From Paraphysomonas bandaiensis (lineage: Eukaryota > Protista > Chrysophyceae): a stretch of DNA of 45,276 nucleotides. The DNA lies in contig CBFFRP010000018.1 of NCBI GenBank assembly GCA_965644295.1, positions 1 through 45,276 of the forward strand, given 5' to 3'. Shown piece by piece: positions 12,343 through 25,721 of this stretch (its first letter is position 1; each line of letters starts with the position of its first letter). The notes beneath the pieces were generated by a model. The model saw only the letters and a program-made list of their open reading frames with translations, ran no database searches and was not told where the DNA came from. A program made the translations under genes and the position numbers.

Positions 12343-13176
12343 ATGGGTGATTTCCAATATTTTCCTTATATTATAGTAATTATTCTTGTATTATTCACTG
12401 TGTTAATCGGAGTAACTTATTTTCTGACAACACCATTGAAAGACACTTATTGGTTTGGAGTAGGTCATGGAAAAGCTTTTGATACATCAACGTTGTGCTC
12501 ATTCCCGAATTGGTCCCCATTGTTAGCTGCAACGAGAATATTGTCAGCACTATTTTTTGTTGTGTTTCTAGTATTACTCTTGGTAATGGGTTACAAGCGA
12601 AATATGTGGGTATTTTTCTCCACGTGGAATATTTTCTTGACAACATTTTATTTTGTCCTTGCGTCTTCAGCCTCTCTCATGCGATTACTCGATAAAAAAT
12701 CGGAACGAGTAGGTGCTGTGGTGGCAATGCTATATATAATAGCTGCACCCACTTCATTTTTTTGCACTTTTACAGACTTAGTATTTATTGATGCTGTATT
12801 CTCATACTGGTATCTTTCGGCGCATTTACTTAGTGCTGTAGCTCTTATTGTTGAAATATTTTTGAATAGTTTTCCTGTGATGTGGAGGAATGTTCCTGCA
12901 TACTTTGCTTGGTCAGCTGTATACTTATGTGTAATATGGGGTCTACGAGCTGAGTTCGTTGCAAATGACTGGCCAAATGCCTACATGAGCACTTCTAATC
13001 CTATGTGTTTTGTATGGTATGCAGTGTTCGCAATACTCTGCTGCGTATTCTACAGTATCTTCTGGGTATTATCTCACATCAAGTATCGTTGTATTCTTAA
13101 CAACCGGGTTCGTCAAGTGTGTTCAGAGCACCTCACAAGAATATTAGAAGAGTATGATTCTGACAGTGATAAGTAA
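12343..13176 (+). CDS. Multi-pass membrane protein, rolling stone / FAR-17a-AIG1-like
   Basis: Intronless 277-aa ORF with about 7 hydrophobic helices; FFSTWN, SAH and WPNAYM resemble the YLTxW / H / WPY pattern of this family. Confidence 0.55.
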   Translation: MGDFQYFPYIIVIILVLFTVLIGVTYFLTTPLKDTYWFGVGHGKAFDTSTLCSFPNWSPLLAATRILSALFFVVFLVLLLVMGYKRNMWVFFSTWNIFLTTFYFVLASSASLMRLLDKKSERVGAVVAMLYIIAAPTSFFCTFTDLVFIDAVFSYWYLSAHLLSAVALIVEIFLNSFPVMWRNVPAYFAWSAVYLCVIWGLRAEFVANDWPNAYMSTSNPMCFVWYAVFAILCCVFYSIFWVLSHIKYRCILNNRVRQVCSEHLTRILEEYDSDSDK

Positions 13177-15300
13177 TCTATGTGATATTCTTTTATAGTT
13201 ATATATTTTGAATTACCAGCTGCCGCGATACCTTCGAACATCATTTTTTGCGCAATATTTGACTCTTAAAAACAAGCTGGCACAGGGTGTATTTCAACTT
13301 GAAATCTTAACAGAGCATTACGCTATTTATATTTTGATACTAGTTTGTTCAATAGTGACATTTTTTGGTCACAAGTCAACTGAACTCTGGGCACTCAATT
13401 AATTATAATTGTGTTTAGGAAAAAGTATCTGCTGACCTCCGATCGACGGTTCATTATTTATATATGTTGAGTGCTTATAATATCTTGGGTTAAGTGCATT
13501 GTGGCTGTCCAGAAGAATGGCTGGGTTCATAAGTTCATAAGTCGATAAGTCGTAGTTCTATCTCGGTCACCACACACCACCGAAGCCGTAACAATTTCCT
13601 GCATCCCCATGTACATATCCTAGTTTTAATCTGCATTAATAACGTTGACACAGTAAAATATACAGCCAAAATTTTAATAGTCCTTCCGCAAAGAGGAAAT
13701 GTCCTTGATAGTCAACATAGTCGGTAGCAGACAATATTCTCTGACGAGTATTCCGTTTCCCATACTACCACAAACATATTATAACAGGCGAATCATTAGT
13801 TTACAGTTTATATGTTGCCAGAGCTGCGTTAGCAACATAACTGGATAATATTGGCGATATCTAGTTATGTATTTCTTCGATAAAATGTATAATGTAGGGT
13901 TTTATAGGATAGATATTACTTCTTTCTACTCAGCATCAAGCGAATTGGCTCTTTCAGTCATGCTGAGACACTCGTCGTACTTGTCGGGTTTTCCCGGCCT
14001 TCATTTGGTATAGCTCAACATAATCCTTTCCGCGTGAAACTCATACGCTAAATGAATTTATGGATTCTTATCGATCAGCTCAATACATGGACTGAATTGG
14101 CAGAACTCCAGTTTCGATAAACCGCCTTTTGGATCTTCTGTGCTCTGATATCAACTATGATGTAGATTTATATAAGATGAAATTGTTTTTGCTTGTCTTC
14201 CCGGTAGGTTGTCTATGCTTGAATTTTTTTCTATTGAATACTACTTCATGCATCTATCAACCAATCATGGCTGATAAATTCACTACTACGACGATTTTTT
14301 CTCTCATTTCAGACGCACTTTGAACTTTTTTGTCAAAACTTCTTTTTTATTAGACTATTATTCTATAACTTATCAACCTGAATTCACACTTTCAAGTTGT
14401 AATGCTTAGATAGTTTTACTCCTTTCTAAATATCCACCAAGTTTGCCTTCTACACGATACGAATAAAGGTGGTGTGACCTCATATAAACTAGAAAAGTAA
14501 TTTCCTCATGATGTGTAGTTCTTTTAAATTGTTACACTACTATATGTTTAAAAAATGCAACCTAAAGGTATTGCAATAAGTCTATAAAGGATTGCTAGTT
14601 TTATAGGTCTGGGTAAAGTTACTTAATTATTATCACCAACATGTGTGTAGAATTCTGGCTCATCTAGTTCATAGATTTACCTGCAATCCTAATCTAAATT
14701 TCAAGGTTCATATCCTCAAGAACGAGCATACACATTAATCGATATTTTATTAGCCTAATTGACAAAATGGACAGTGGACGACAGTAACAATAATAACAGG
14801 ACTAAGTAAAATATGCAAATTACGACCACTCTTCTGGATAATTTGGTAACAAATATTTATCAAAATGATTATAGATCCCTATATTGCTATTTTGTGACCA
14901 GGCTGCAAAGCATTACTGATACATGCAGGGGTCCTGATACGTAACTAAAATATATATGGTAAATCATGTTGGAGTACTTCACTTTTCATTTAACGCTACT
15001 TTGTTGCTGCACATTACTATGGACACAATAGGCTTATTACAATTTACGTTGCTATGCAATAATAAACAATGCGTATTTCGTGTTGTCACCTGCCCGTCAT
15101 CTTAACAACCTAATACTCAATCACCACCAAACAGACTAGAACTTTCACCCATTCATCCCAGCCACACAGAGTAATACTTACTCATGCCAAAATATAGCAC
15201 TATATATTATAAACAAATTATATATAACCCGACTCACAGTAGAAAGCACTGATGATAATCCCCCAGAGTGAGTGTCAGCCCCTTTTTCAACCAGGCGACA

Positions 15301-16779
15301 CTACAGAGTTTCAGTGCCAATTATGTTCTTGGAATACTTAATGCACACCAAATTGGCGACTTCGTCAATAACTGCGACCGCCTTTTCGATATCTTCTCTT
15401 GTATGACTAGCGGAAATGCAAAAGCGCGCTCGGGAGAGGACAATAGAGGTGGCAGGAAATCCAACCACCACCACAGCCACGCCCCGCTTTAAACACTCTC
15501 GCGAGAAAGCTGCTACTTTGCCAGGAAAATAAATCATAACTGGGATGATCGGCGAGTCGACATCTCCATATGTATGAAGTCCGATGCGCTCCATTTCACT
15601 CCGGAAGAAATTACTGTTCTCATTGAGCTGCCTTATCTTCTGTTGACCTAGACCGTTTTTGTCGGGAGAGGCAATAATGCGGAGGGCCGTTAGCACTTGT
15701 TCGCACACGACAGGGGAGAGAGGGTTATGATGCAATGAGGCAGACGACGCAGAACGTAGAGTGTCAATCACACTGTGAGAAGAGGCAATGTACCCCCCCA
15801 TTCCCCCGAACGACTTCGAGAACGTTCCCATCATTATATCGATGTCACTGGGATCCACTCCACAGTACTCCGCCACCCCTCGCCCTGTTGCACCCAAAGC
15901 ACCGATCGAGTGCGCTTCATCAACATACACATAGGCTTTGTACTTCTTGCACACTGCTACCACCTCCTTCAGGCGACAAATTGCACCTTCCATGGAGTAG
16001 ATCCCCTCTACCATCACAAGAATCTTTTTCCAGGGGCGATGATGACGGGGCTGTCCATGGATAATACACTCCCGTAACACTTCCTCAAGATGTTCTGGTT
16101 CATTATGTCGAAAGACACGAATTTTCGCGCCTGATCCACGAGATCCGTTCACCAGAGAAGTATGATTTAGGGTGTCCGATATGATGAGCGAGCCTTCCCC
16201 CATTAGGGCAGGAATGGTGGTACTGTTAGTACCATACCCCATCGAACATACAATAGCTGCCTCCTTGCCAAGAAATTGCGCAATTTCATTTTCCAAGTCG
16301 ACAAGCACTTTTGTACTTCCGTAGCTGCAACGTCCAGTACACATCCCTACAGGCATAGATTCCAGAGTGGAGAGTACAGCGTCAGCACACGACTCGTTCC
16401 AATTATCCGCAAAACCGAGATAATTATATGATCCCAAGTTCAGGCAATGTAGCTTTTTGCCTGTTAACTGCACCGTGCAATTATTATCGGTCGACTTTCT
16501 CTCCAGCACATCAATATATGCACCGGGGTTAGAGGCAATGGGCCTGTTCCAACAATCTTGCACACGATGATACAATCTCCGCTTGAAAAAACTTTCCCAT
16601 GATTTCATTAGAACAGAATATCCAGCTTTTGTGCGTGTTTCAGGGTATCGAGATATACCCGTCAATGTAGCACAGAGATCTCTCAGATGTCCTATTAACA
16701 CCAACAGAGCGTAGTTAAAATACGTCATCAATGTAAGTACCAACCCTATATCAGGGTCTTTTCTTGTACCAGACCCCAT
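15301..16779 (-). CDS. LCB2: Serine palmitoyltransferase catalytic subunit (long chain base biosynthesis protein 2)
   Basis: Intronless 492 aa; DCWNRPI, LNLGSYNYLGFA, VEGIYSMEG, DEAHSIGALG, PLP-lysine motif GTFSKSFG, VVVVGFPAT. Confidence 0.97.
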   Translation of the reverse strand: MGSGTRKDPDIGLVLTLMTYFNYALLVLIGHLRDLCATLTGISRYPETRTKAGYSVLMKSWESFFKRRLYHRVQDCWNRPIASNPGAYIDVLERKSTDNNCTVQLTGKKLHCLNLGSYNYLGFADNWNESCADAVLSTLESMPVGMCTGRCSYGSTKVLVDLENEIAQFLGKEAAIVCSMGYGTNSTTIPALMGEGSLIISDTLNHTSLVNGSRGSGAKIRVFRHNEPEHLEEVLRECIIHGQPRHHRPWKKILVMVEGIYSMEGAICRLKEVVAVCKKYKAYVYVDEAHSIGALGATGRGVAEYCGVDPSDIDIMMGTFSKSFGGMGGYIASSHSVIDTLRSASSASLHHNPLSPVVCEQVLTALRIIASPDKNGLGQQKIRQLNENSNFFRSEMERIGLHTYGDVDSPIIPVMIYFPGKVAAFSRECLKRGVAVVVVGFPATSIVLSRARFCISASHTREDIEKAVAVIDEVANLVCIKYSKNIIGTETL

Positions 16780-17437
16780 TGTAATGCACGAATATATTTA
16801 TATCCAATCAATTGATATGTTTGATTGTATGCAATGCACTGCGTGTTATTAACGGCAAGGACTGGTTGGCACTACAGGCATTTTCAGTGTATGTAGTATG
16901 CAGTATATGATGGTAGAGTGTACTGGCTGTATATAGTAGTACTTGTGTAGGAGTCGACTGGCAGATGGGTGTGTGAAAGTAACTGGTCCGTCAGAAAAAA
17001 AATATCGGAATATATGGTGTCTGCCGTACAGATAAGGACATAAATATAATAAATTTCTCTGAAAACTCGTACGTCAGATGACAGCTGTATACCATTCTAT
17101 ACAGAGGTGTAGAGTCAGAGATGTAGACAGACACCATATGGTTGTATATGTAACAATATAATACAATGGTATACTACCGTATGCTGTAGAACTCTCTCCA
17201 TAGTGTTTTACATGACAAAAAAAAATGAGGGAAAATATATAGAAACGTACACTATACAGTCGCATATATTCCATAGCTTCTTCTCATTAACTAACTACTA
17301 GGATTCGAATAGAACGCAGTTAGTAATAAAGTAGCTGCATTAAACAATATTTTATTCGATTGTATTGAAGTATTTGTAGTATAGATAAATCTAATACAGG
17401 TTCATTATATCATATCCTGCACAGAGAGAAGGTAATA

Positions 17438-20047
17438 ATGGAGTTACCTGCAATGGCACAGTCATTACTCGGTGCTGAAGAGCCTGAGGAAGAAAGATTT
17501 CGAGCGGTTGTTGATTTAGAGTAAGCATATGATCACTTTGTTTAAACTCGTATAATATTTTATCAGCGTATTCTTCAAAGATATGTACACTTATCACTAC
17601 CATCACGGACTACCAGCTATAATATTGACACAGGTTAGTCATAAAAAGACAGAGCTACTACGATGTAACTCTTTTGTTGTCAGTTTTGTGCTGTCTGTTC
17701 TTTAGGATTTACTGTTGCTTTTTCTGTTTTCATATTGGCCTTTATCGACTGGGGTGGACTTATGCAGTGTCATGATGAGGGGTCGTGCTACGACCTGGAA
17801 AAATATATTGTCATGACTCATTTTGGATTTTCTTCTTTTTTTGGTTTTATTGTTATGGGTTACTCTGTTTTGTTCACGTGTTACTGGTTATTTCGGTGTG
17901 CATCCGCCATTCAAGCAGTGATGCATGCTGCAGAAATGGATAAGTTTTACAAGTATGTTTTTGAAAATATGTCGTTTAGTAGTCATGTGAAATAACAGGG
18001 AGAAGCTCGGGATTACTCTACAAACTCTGCAGACACTCAGTTGGAACGACGTAGTTCAGAGATTGATTCGACTTCATGAACACAAGATCCATAGAGTCGC
18101 CATCAAGGATCGCCTGACGGAACACGATGTTGTTTCCCGTATACTTCGGAAAGAGAACTATATGGTGGCTCTAATCAACAAGGTATTGATGTATATATTT
18201 CACCTACATATATATGCTAATGCAGTTATGATATAGGGAGTACTTGATCTCCGTCTTCCTTGGTGGGCTACACCTTTCCTTGGATCTGACAGGCTTTTCC
18301 TTACAAAGTCCCTTGAATGGAGTCTTTACTTCTGCATTCTGCAACACATGTTTAACGACCAGTTTAACGTTAGTAGCGTTTTCCTTCGAGACATAAAGGG
18401 GTTAAAATCAAGGTTTCTAGCTGTCGGGGTTGTTCATTTTCTCCTGTTACCCTTTATGTTGGTGTTCATGACTGTTCACTTCTTCTTGCAAAATGCTCAG
18501 CAGTTTCACGCGAGTAAAGCTTATTTGGGCCCGCGACAGTGGAGCCCCCTCGCCCTGTGGACATTTAGAGAGTTCAATGAACTGCTGCATGTCTTCGAGG
18601 CGCGGATCAATAAGTCCTACGCTCCGGCCAATGAATATGTACAATCTTTCTCTAATGCCTATCTCTCTATTCTCGCCCGTTGTGTTGCTTACATCTCCGG
18701 ATCATTTGTGGCTGTCCTGCTTCTCGCAAGTGTGATCGACGAGGCCATCTTGCTGTACGTTCACACTGGTGACCACAATTTGTTGTGGTACCTGGGTATA
18801 TGCTCTGCTGCCTACGCGGCTTCCCGATCCCTGGTCCCCGATGAAACGAAGACTGTTAATAGCGCCACTCGGGAAGAGCTTATGGACCGTATCACTGCGT
18901 GTACTCACTACAGACCTAAGGATTGGATTGATAGGGCGCATACTACTGAGGTAAGGCATTTATCATCTGTGGTTTATTTTATCGTAGTAATGCGCGGTTA
19001 TTGCTATCCAGGTTCGCGACGAGATGCTGGAATTGTTCCCTTTCAAAGTAAGGCTTTTTTTCATGGAGGTTATGAGTGTGATATTCACCCCGGTGGTGTT
19101 GTGCTTCTCTCTACCGCAATGCTCTCCATCAATTCTTGAGTTCATCCGCGAACATACATCATATGTGGACGGGGTAGGGGCAGTGTGTGACTACAGCACG
19201 TTTGACCTGGATCGTTATGGAGACGAAGACTATGCCACTGCTCCAGAAGGAGGGGTTGTTGAAGTGAACCGTCGACCTGCACATGGAAAGATGGAGCAGA
19301 GCTACCTGAGCTTTCAGCACACACATCCCGACTGGCAGGGACACTCTACGGGGCGAAACATGATGCACCGGCTTCGAGCCTTCTCTACACAAAAGCAGAG
19401 CGATCGCGAGTACGCACTATCATCCGCTTTACAGTCCTCGCTATCCATGCACATGCCTACGGGTACTCGGAGAGAGGGCGATTCTCTTATCATGCACCGG
19501 GACGAACGGGGCAACGGCGTACCAGGAGAAGAGTCTTGTAATCGGGAAAACCATACGGACGCTGGTGGTCAGATGCGAATGCAGCACTCGTTCTTAGCTC
19601 CTGGGACGGAGTACGACTTCCGGTCAGGAGCGTCTATGTCTGGTCCATTCGTTCCCGGCCGTGCTTCAGCTGTTGGAATGAGTGGCGTACCAAGTGTACT
19701 CCGAAGTGTGCTAAAACAAGAGAATATTGATTTTGAAAATGACTTTTACTGGCTGTCAAAGGTAAGTAATACGTATTTTATAAAGGTGTGTGATGTAATT
19801 CCTTACTGCTTTGTAGTTCCAACAGGAGCGCCGGCATAACCCTGAGGAAATGGAACAGTCGCTGCAGCGGAGCATGAGTACGTTGATGATGACAGGTGTT
19901 ATGAACCGTAGCGACTTAGGTAGCACTGTGCAGGGAAGTGGAGGGTATGTGTACGGTAGAGGGACAGAAAGGAATCCAAGTAACAGTCAGCAGGACAGCG
20001 AAGTTGAAAGTAGATACCCGATCTACAACGACGTCGAACATGTGTAG
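17438..20047 (+). CDS. ATG9: Autophagy-related protein 9 (lipid scramblase)
   Basis: Seven exons (introns 17521-17566, 17634-17683, 17953-17998, 18183-18236, 18951-19011, 19762-19817); motifs DLDVFFKDMY, RILRKENYMVALINK, LTKSLEW, LGPRQWS, FREFNELLH, VDGVGAVCDYSTF, GKMEQSYLSF. Confidence 0.95.
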
Positions 20048-21267
20048 CGCTGATATCTATGGCCTCAAGAGCTGCATATCATGAATATTCTGTATATAGC
20101 CGCGGTTGATTGTATTAGGATAGTATACGGTAGTTGCAATTGAATGAATTGGTGTTAACAGTGGAGTTGCATTCGTATCCGGAATAAAATAAAATTGTTA
20201 GCCATATCAGTGAAGAAAGTAGTGTACATCAAATATCTACGTATATCTGTAATCATAACGATTCCTTTGAACAATGGCAATTTAAAGCACGAAATCTCTC
20301 AACACCTTGTATGTACATACTAGTAGCAGAATTATGAAATAATAATACATTCAGTTATTTTAAGTATTAAAGTATTACGTAATCACCAGAAAAGTTGGCT
20401 GTCAAATTTTTATGACTACCCTGTCAATTCGTGTTAGATACGGTTAAGTCTTGTTAAAAACCGAAAAGAAAAGAGTGCTTGGAGTACAAAGTTAGTGCCT
20501 TCTTACAATCCCAATAATCTTGTGTGATAACGTGATACCACATTTCCAATTCCATGCAACCACGAAGAAAGATTCGAGCATTACTTTGGTCCTTTGTTGC
20601 AGCGATACTGAATATTCTTAACTCAAAGTAGACACAGTGAGCAAGCGGAACCTTAATATACCTGAACCTTCTGACTTCAAGGTACTACAGTCCATAAGCT
20701 AAACTTATCCCGGGTTGTAAATTTCAGCAGGCAGCCCAAAACACAAGAAACATAAAACACATATTAATGCTCCTTGTATTATGTATTCCTCCTTGATATC
20801 GTTTATTTCTTCATCTTTTTCCTGGAATATTTTATGTCACGCAGGTAGTTGTATTTCTAGTTATGAGTCGTCTCCTCCCTCCCCCCGTTTTTAATTGGAG
20901 TTTGGAGACGTTAAATATGTTTATAGCTATAAAGTATGATGGAATATTAGCGGCAGCTTATTGCATACAAAAGATATCAGTCAAAGTACATGTTGTTCAT
21001 GCAAGGGTCGCATGGGGATCAGTACAGTACGAGCATATCTAAGCATGTACTGTAGAAGAATGTGGCAGACCCTGCAAGTCATTTACGAATATTATATGAA
21101 TTCGTGCTACGCGCTATATAGTGTTCAAAGTATCTTATTATATATGCGGAAGACGTAGTTCCAAAGCATAGCTTCATTAAATTATACCACCATTCGTTCC
21201 AATTTAAAATTCATGTACATATCAAGCACCAATACATTCATGGTTAGCCCAACAACAAGCAATCATT

Positions 21268-21563
21268 CTAATGGTGGCTGTTGCTCTGTCCTTCCCCTCT
21301 CTGGTCAACTGGAATGAACTGATACGGCGGGGCCTCTCTCGCATAATGAAGCTATACATACATATATTACAATCACATAAATCTTATATATATAATTGAA
21401 TCACCGTATTTTTCTCAGCGAAGTAGTACATGATGGCACTGATTCCCCATCCCCCTATCATTACAAATGCAGTATTTCGCTTCCAGTTTTTAGGGTCAGC
21501 CCACCATCCTCCATAAGGGGTCCACACGTATTTAGGGAACGGAAACCTTCTGCCACCACCCAT
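21268..21563 (-). CDS. Small single-TM protein resembling the fungal complex I accessory subunit NUUM
   Basis: Not in the ORF track. Two exons (intron 21352-21404): MGGGRRFPFPKYVWTPYGGWWADPKNWKRNTAFVMIGGWGISAIMYYFAEKNT-LHYAREAPPYQFIPVDQRGEGQSNSHH*. The N-terminal MGGG..P.PK.VW.P.GGWW..P.NW..NT pattern is recognised from memory. Confidence 0.7.
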
Positions 21564-21992
21564 AATTAATTATATATAATTTACGAGAAGTATTGTGTTC
21601 TAATGAGGGACTGTTTATAGTACAGTCAATCTGCTGATATTTATATATATATATGCATGCATATGTATGTACTGCTGTATGTATGTATGTGTTGATGACA
21701 CACAACTACTGTGGTGATAGCTGTGTATGGTATACCCCTGTATACATGTATATATTGACCATCTTACGAATCTGCTGCTCCTGCTGGATAATATCACATA
21801 CCCACTTATAAATGATTGGACAAGAGCTCCTATCTTGATGCTGCTTGTGATGGTTGAGTATATGCTGAGTGGAAACATGCCTGTGCTTTCCTATTGAAAT
21901 GTTTACAAATATCAGGATTCTTGTGGTCATTAATACTCTACAAACAATATCAACGATTGTGTGAAACTATTCATTGTGAAGGGTTTAACAAA

Positions 21993-23944
21993 ATGTCTAC
22001 GGAATCAGTTATAGATATATACTCCTACATTGGTGGAGCTGCTACTGCTATTTTAATTCAATCAGTCTATTGGCTCAAATCATACTATAACAAGAACAAA
22101 AAATCACAAGATAACATAACTTTGATATCTACAGCAGAAGAAGATGGAAATAATGAAATAAAGGTTCGATTATATTTAAGGGTGAAGAGTTTAATGCTTA
22201 TTATTATACAGAATGAATTGTTCTCAAGAATTATGTCATATTTTGGACCAGAAAAGTTTTCAGATTTACAGAATTCATTCGTTATTGTGAGTTATGATAC
22301 ATAAAACTTTCTGATATTCTTATGTATTATATAGGTTGTAGGTCTTGGGGGTGTAGGAAGTCATGCTGCAAATATGTTAGTTCGATCTGGTGTAAAGAGA
22401 TTGCGTATTATAGACTTTGACCAAGTCACACTCTCGTCCTTAAATAGACATGCGGTTGCAACACTCAGTGATGTGGGGTTGTCCAAACCAGATGTAGTTC
22501 GTCGCCATTTCAATCGCATAGTTCCTTGGTGCGAGGTGGAGCCTGTCACCGAAATGTTCAAGTTAGTAATTTATGTAACTCTCTTTATGTATTTTTACCA
22601 GTGCTTGTTGTAGGTGGGAGAGTGCTGATAGATTATTAGAGGGGGCCCCCGATTATGTTTTGGACTGTATTGATGACGTTAACACTAAGGCAGAGCTGCT
22701 TGCGTACTGCACGCAGAAGGGCATTCGAGTATTGACTTCAATGGGCGCAGGTAAATAAATCTTTCTCGTGGCATATCCCATTGTATTTCGAGCTAGCTAT
22801 TGTTAATTTTGCTGGCTAATTGCTCTGGGTCTTACTATGCTCCTAGATTATATTGTCGTTTTTACATCATTGTGTAGGTGGAAAGGGTGATCCCACACGC
22901 ATGCGTATTAGTCCTCTCAGTGAGTGTGTGAAGGACCCTCTTGCTACCAAGATTAAGTGGAAGTTAAAGAAGCACGATGTCTCTCCTGAAGATGTTATGA
23001 CCGTATATTCTGTTGAAAAGCCAGTGTGTAACCTCCTCCCATTGGATGCTGAACAGTCTGCCAACCCTGCGGAGTTTGGTGCAGTGGAGAACTTTAGACT
23101 GAGAGTGATGCCTGTTCTTGGTACTTCCCCTGCAGTTTTCGGGCAGGCAATGGCCTCTTATGTCCTGTGCTCTCTCGGAGGTAGAACACACTTAACACTT
23201 CGCTTTACTAATATGTAATGCACTGGTGTTTACACTGATCGATTTATTTTATTTCGTTGTTTAATGTTGTCATTTGTGAACAGGGTGTCTCTATGATGCG
23301 GAATCAGGGGAGCGACTCTCCAAGAATGTTCGTCACAAAATGCGACAGATCCTCACAACGAATGAGGTATGCTGAACTTAAATTTTACTTTGAGGTGATG
23401 ACTGTTTCGATATACCTACAGAAGCGTAGGTTTGGTAGTGCTGATCTTGATCTAGACGATGACGACATAGAGTTCATTGTGGGTCAGGTTTGTGTGCACA
23501 TACATTTGTGATACACTCCAACAAATGTGTTTACAGGTGTGGAAGACTCGGTGTTCTGTCACTGGCAGGCGTATTGGGGGGTCGGCTTTAATGGTCCTTA
23601 CTCGTTGGGACCCCTCCCAGCCGCCAACTCCATATAACCTAGTTCTCGTACAACAAAACGTAGCCAAGCTTATTGAGGCTTCTCCCTTAGGAGGACGCGG
23701 CGTAGAATCAATTTCATCTGATGTTGTAGAGCGGATAGAAAAGAGACTACAATGGAGCAAGGATGTTTGCGCCAATGACTGGCCCCCTGTTGACAATCCA
23801 GTGGTTACGCAAGCTCTGGACATTAAGCAAGACGACTTGGAAGTTGTTCAAAACGTTAGTGCTCAAAGTGCAAGGCTACTCACATCTGTGAGTGCATTTA
23901 TGGTGGCGTCGATTCTGATAAGTCGATTATCAAATATTCACTAA
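21993..23944 (+). CDS. TCD1: tRNA threonylcarbamoyladenosine dehydratase (TCD1/TCD2, TcdA; ThiF family), multi-exon
   Basis: N-terminal TM; VVGLGGVGSHAANMLVRSGV, IIDFDQVTLSSLNRHAVATLSDVG, DYVLDCIDD, SMGAGGKGDPTR, VYSVEKP, FRLRVMPVLGTSPAVFG. Confidence 0.9.
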
Positions 23945-24356
23945 TTTAATTGTCGTGTACTCGCACGTTATGTTACTAAGTTGTGGCAAATTTTGTTGGG
24001 GACTGGGAGTGTAATAAACCATAGTAACGTTCATGTATCTTCAATTACCGGTGCACGTAGCACATAGTGTAGGGCATGGAAAATATACTGGATGGTTGGT
24101 TTTTCTAAAAAAGTGTTGCGGCACAGGAACTACGTGATGTAATATAGAACTACTAATTTTAGGCACAATTTAAGAAAATACGTAATAGTATAATGTATTG
24201 GCAATATCATGTATCATGTACATATGTATAAAGTATAAAGAGTATGTTAGATTAATATTACATTAATTCTAATGTAATAATTTGGCTAAAAAATAGCTTT
24301 CACGTGACAGCTTTGCTGTTTATGACCGAAGAATTAATTCTTATCTATCTCATAAG

Positions 24357-25113
24357 GAGACATTGCTTGACTACTCTAACTCTCAACAATCAGAAAGATC
24401 ACAAGATCAGTATGGTAGGTTTCTAGTTTCTACAGAGTCGACACGAATCGACGTGTGTCTAATATAAAGAACAAGTTGAACTATTATAGGATGGTATCAC
24501 ATATATTTATCAGTGCATGATTTATTGGTTGTACACCCTTACTCTCCTAAATTACAAAACTTTTCAAATTGTGTATCCGATATCTATAAACTAACAGTGG
24601 ACAGTGGAGTGGCCCCTCGCACTGATAGAACTAGGACAGATGCCGAGCTGGAGAGTTACATGGGGTACGTATTGAAAAGACAGCATGTATATATCATTCA
24701 TACATATAAATACCACGAAAAGGCGTACGTTGCAGGCATTGAAGCCGCGGCTTCAAAAGCAGAAGCAAGAGCACAGAGAGGAGATGGCTGCCATGGAACA
24801 GGAGATTGCTGTGGCCTGTGTCAGTCGTGATGTTGCTGCAATGGACGTTGTTGATAGCAAAGTATCTACTGATATGCCTCACATATCACCTCACAATATT
24901 TCTACTTTTATGTCCCATGTAGAACCCACCATGCCTCGTAACATGCCTGCAATGTCTTATGCACCTCATATTGACATGATGTCTGTATCTCACGGGACAC
25001 CGTCGTCCTCTGAAAGTAAAGCATATACGTCGTCTGCTACTTCGTTACAGTTGAAGAACAACATTCATGATGATAGCAGTTACAAGGAATATTTCCGTAT
25101 ACAGGCGGCTTAA
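24357..25113 (+). CDS. Hypothetical spliced protein; 5' end not resolved
   Basis: Joinable open segments ETLLDYSNSQ..QYG|WYHIYLSVHDLLVVHPYSP...ESYMG| and RTLQALKPRLQKQKQEHREEMAAMEQE...RIQAA* with GT/AG sites. No family recognised. Confidence 0.45.
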
Positions 25114-25721
25114 GACCAAGCGGCTCGATTTGAGCATGTGCAGAAAACCTGGTCAAATCCACTTCCTCTCAGGTTTGCTTCATGCTCAGGTTGACTTCAG
25201 AGTGGATGATCCTCTCTATCGTGTTCACATACTGGACATGCTGGTCCTGTATTGGATATGCAACACACTTTGCGATAGCTTCAAAATATGGAGGGTTTTA
25301 TACAGTAAAAAGTATGATTTCGTGATTTATGGTCGATTTTGGCCATAAAAATTATTGCCACAAAAAAACAATACAGTGTTGTATGATGATGCTGTGCTCG
25401 CATGTGGAAGTGGAAATCAGAAATCACACTATAGAAGGAAGTTACATCACAGCCACAGTGTCCATCCTCATATTTATATATATGTATATATAGTTACAAG
25501 AACTATGCCGTAATTTCATTGTAATAAAGTGTACGAGTATTACTTATTAGTCTACCTTAAGGTATCGGAGTAGGAGGAATATACATCATACTTTATACTA
25601 GCAATGAAGATTCTCATTTCGATTTCTATCTGATGTTAATTTAATTGGGTGAGGTGAGCATATGGATGTATACTGCACTGGTAGCTGTATAGTAACATAT
25701 CTTATATATTAGGTCCGAGTT

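Noticed and set aside
14655-14720. tRNA-like A box (TGGCTCATCTAG) and B box (GGTTCATATCC)
   Set aside because: No acceptor or anticodon stem can be folded; at best a very degraded relic.
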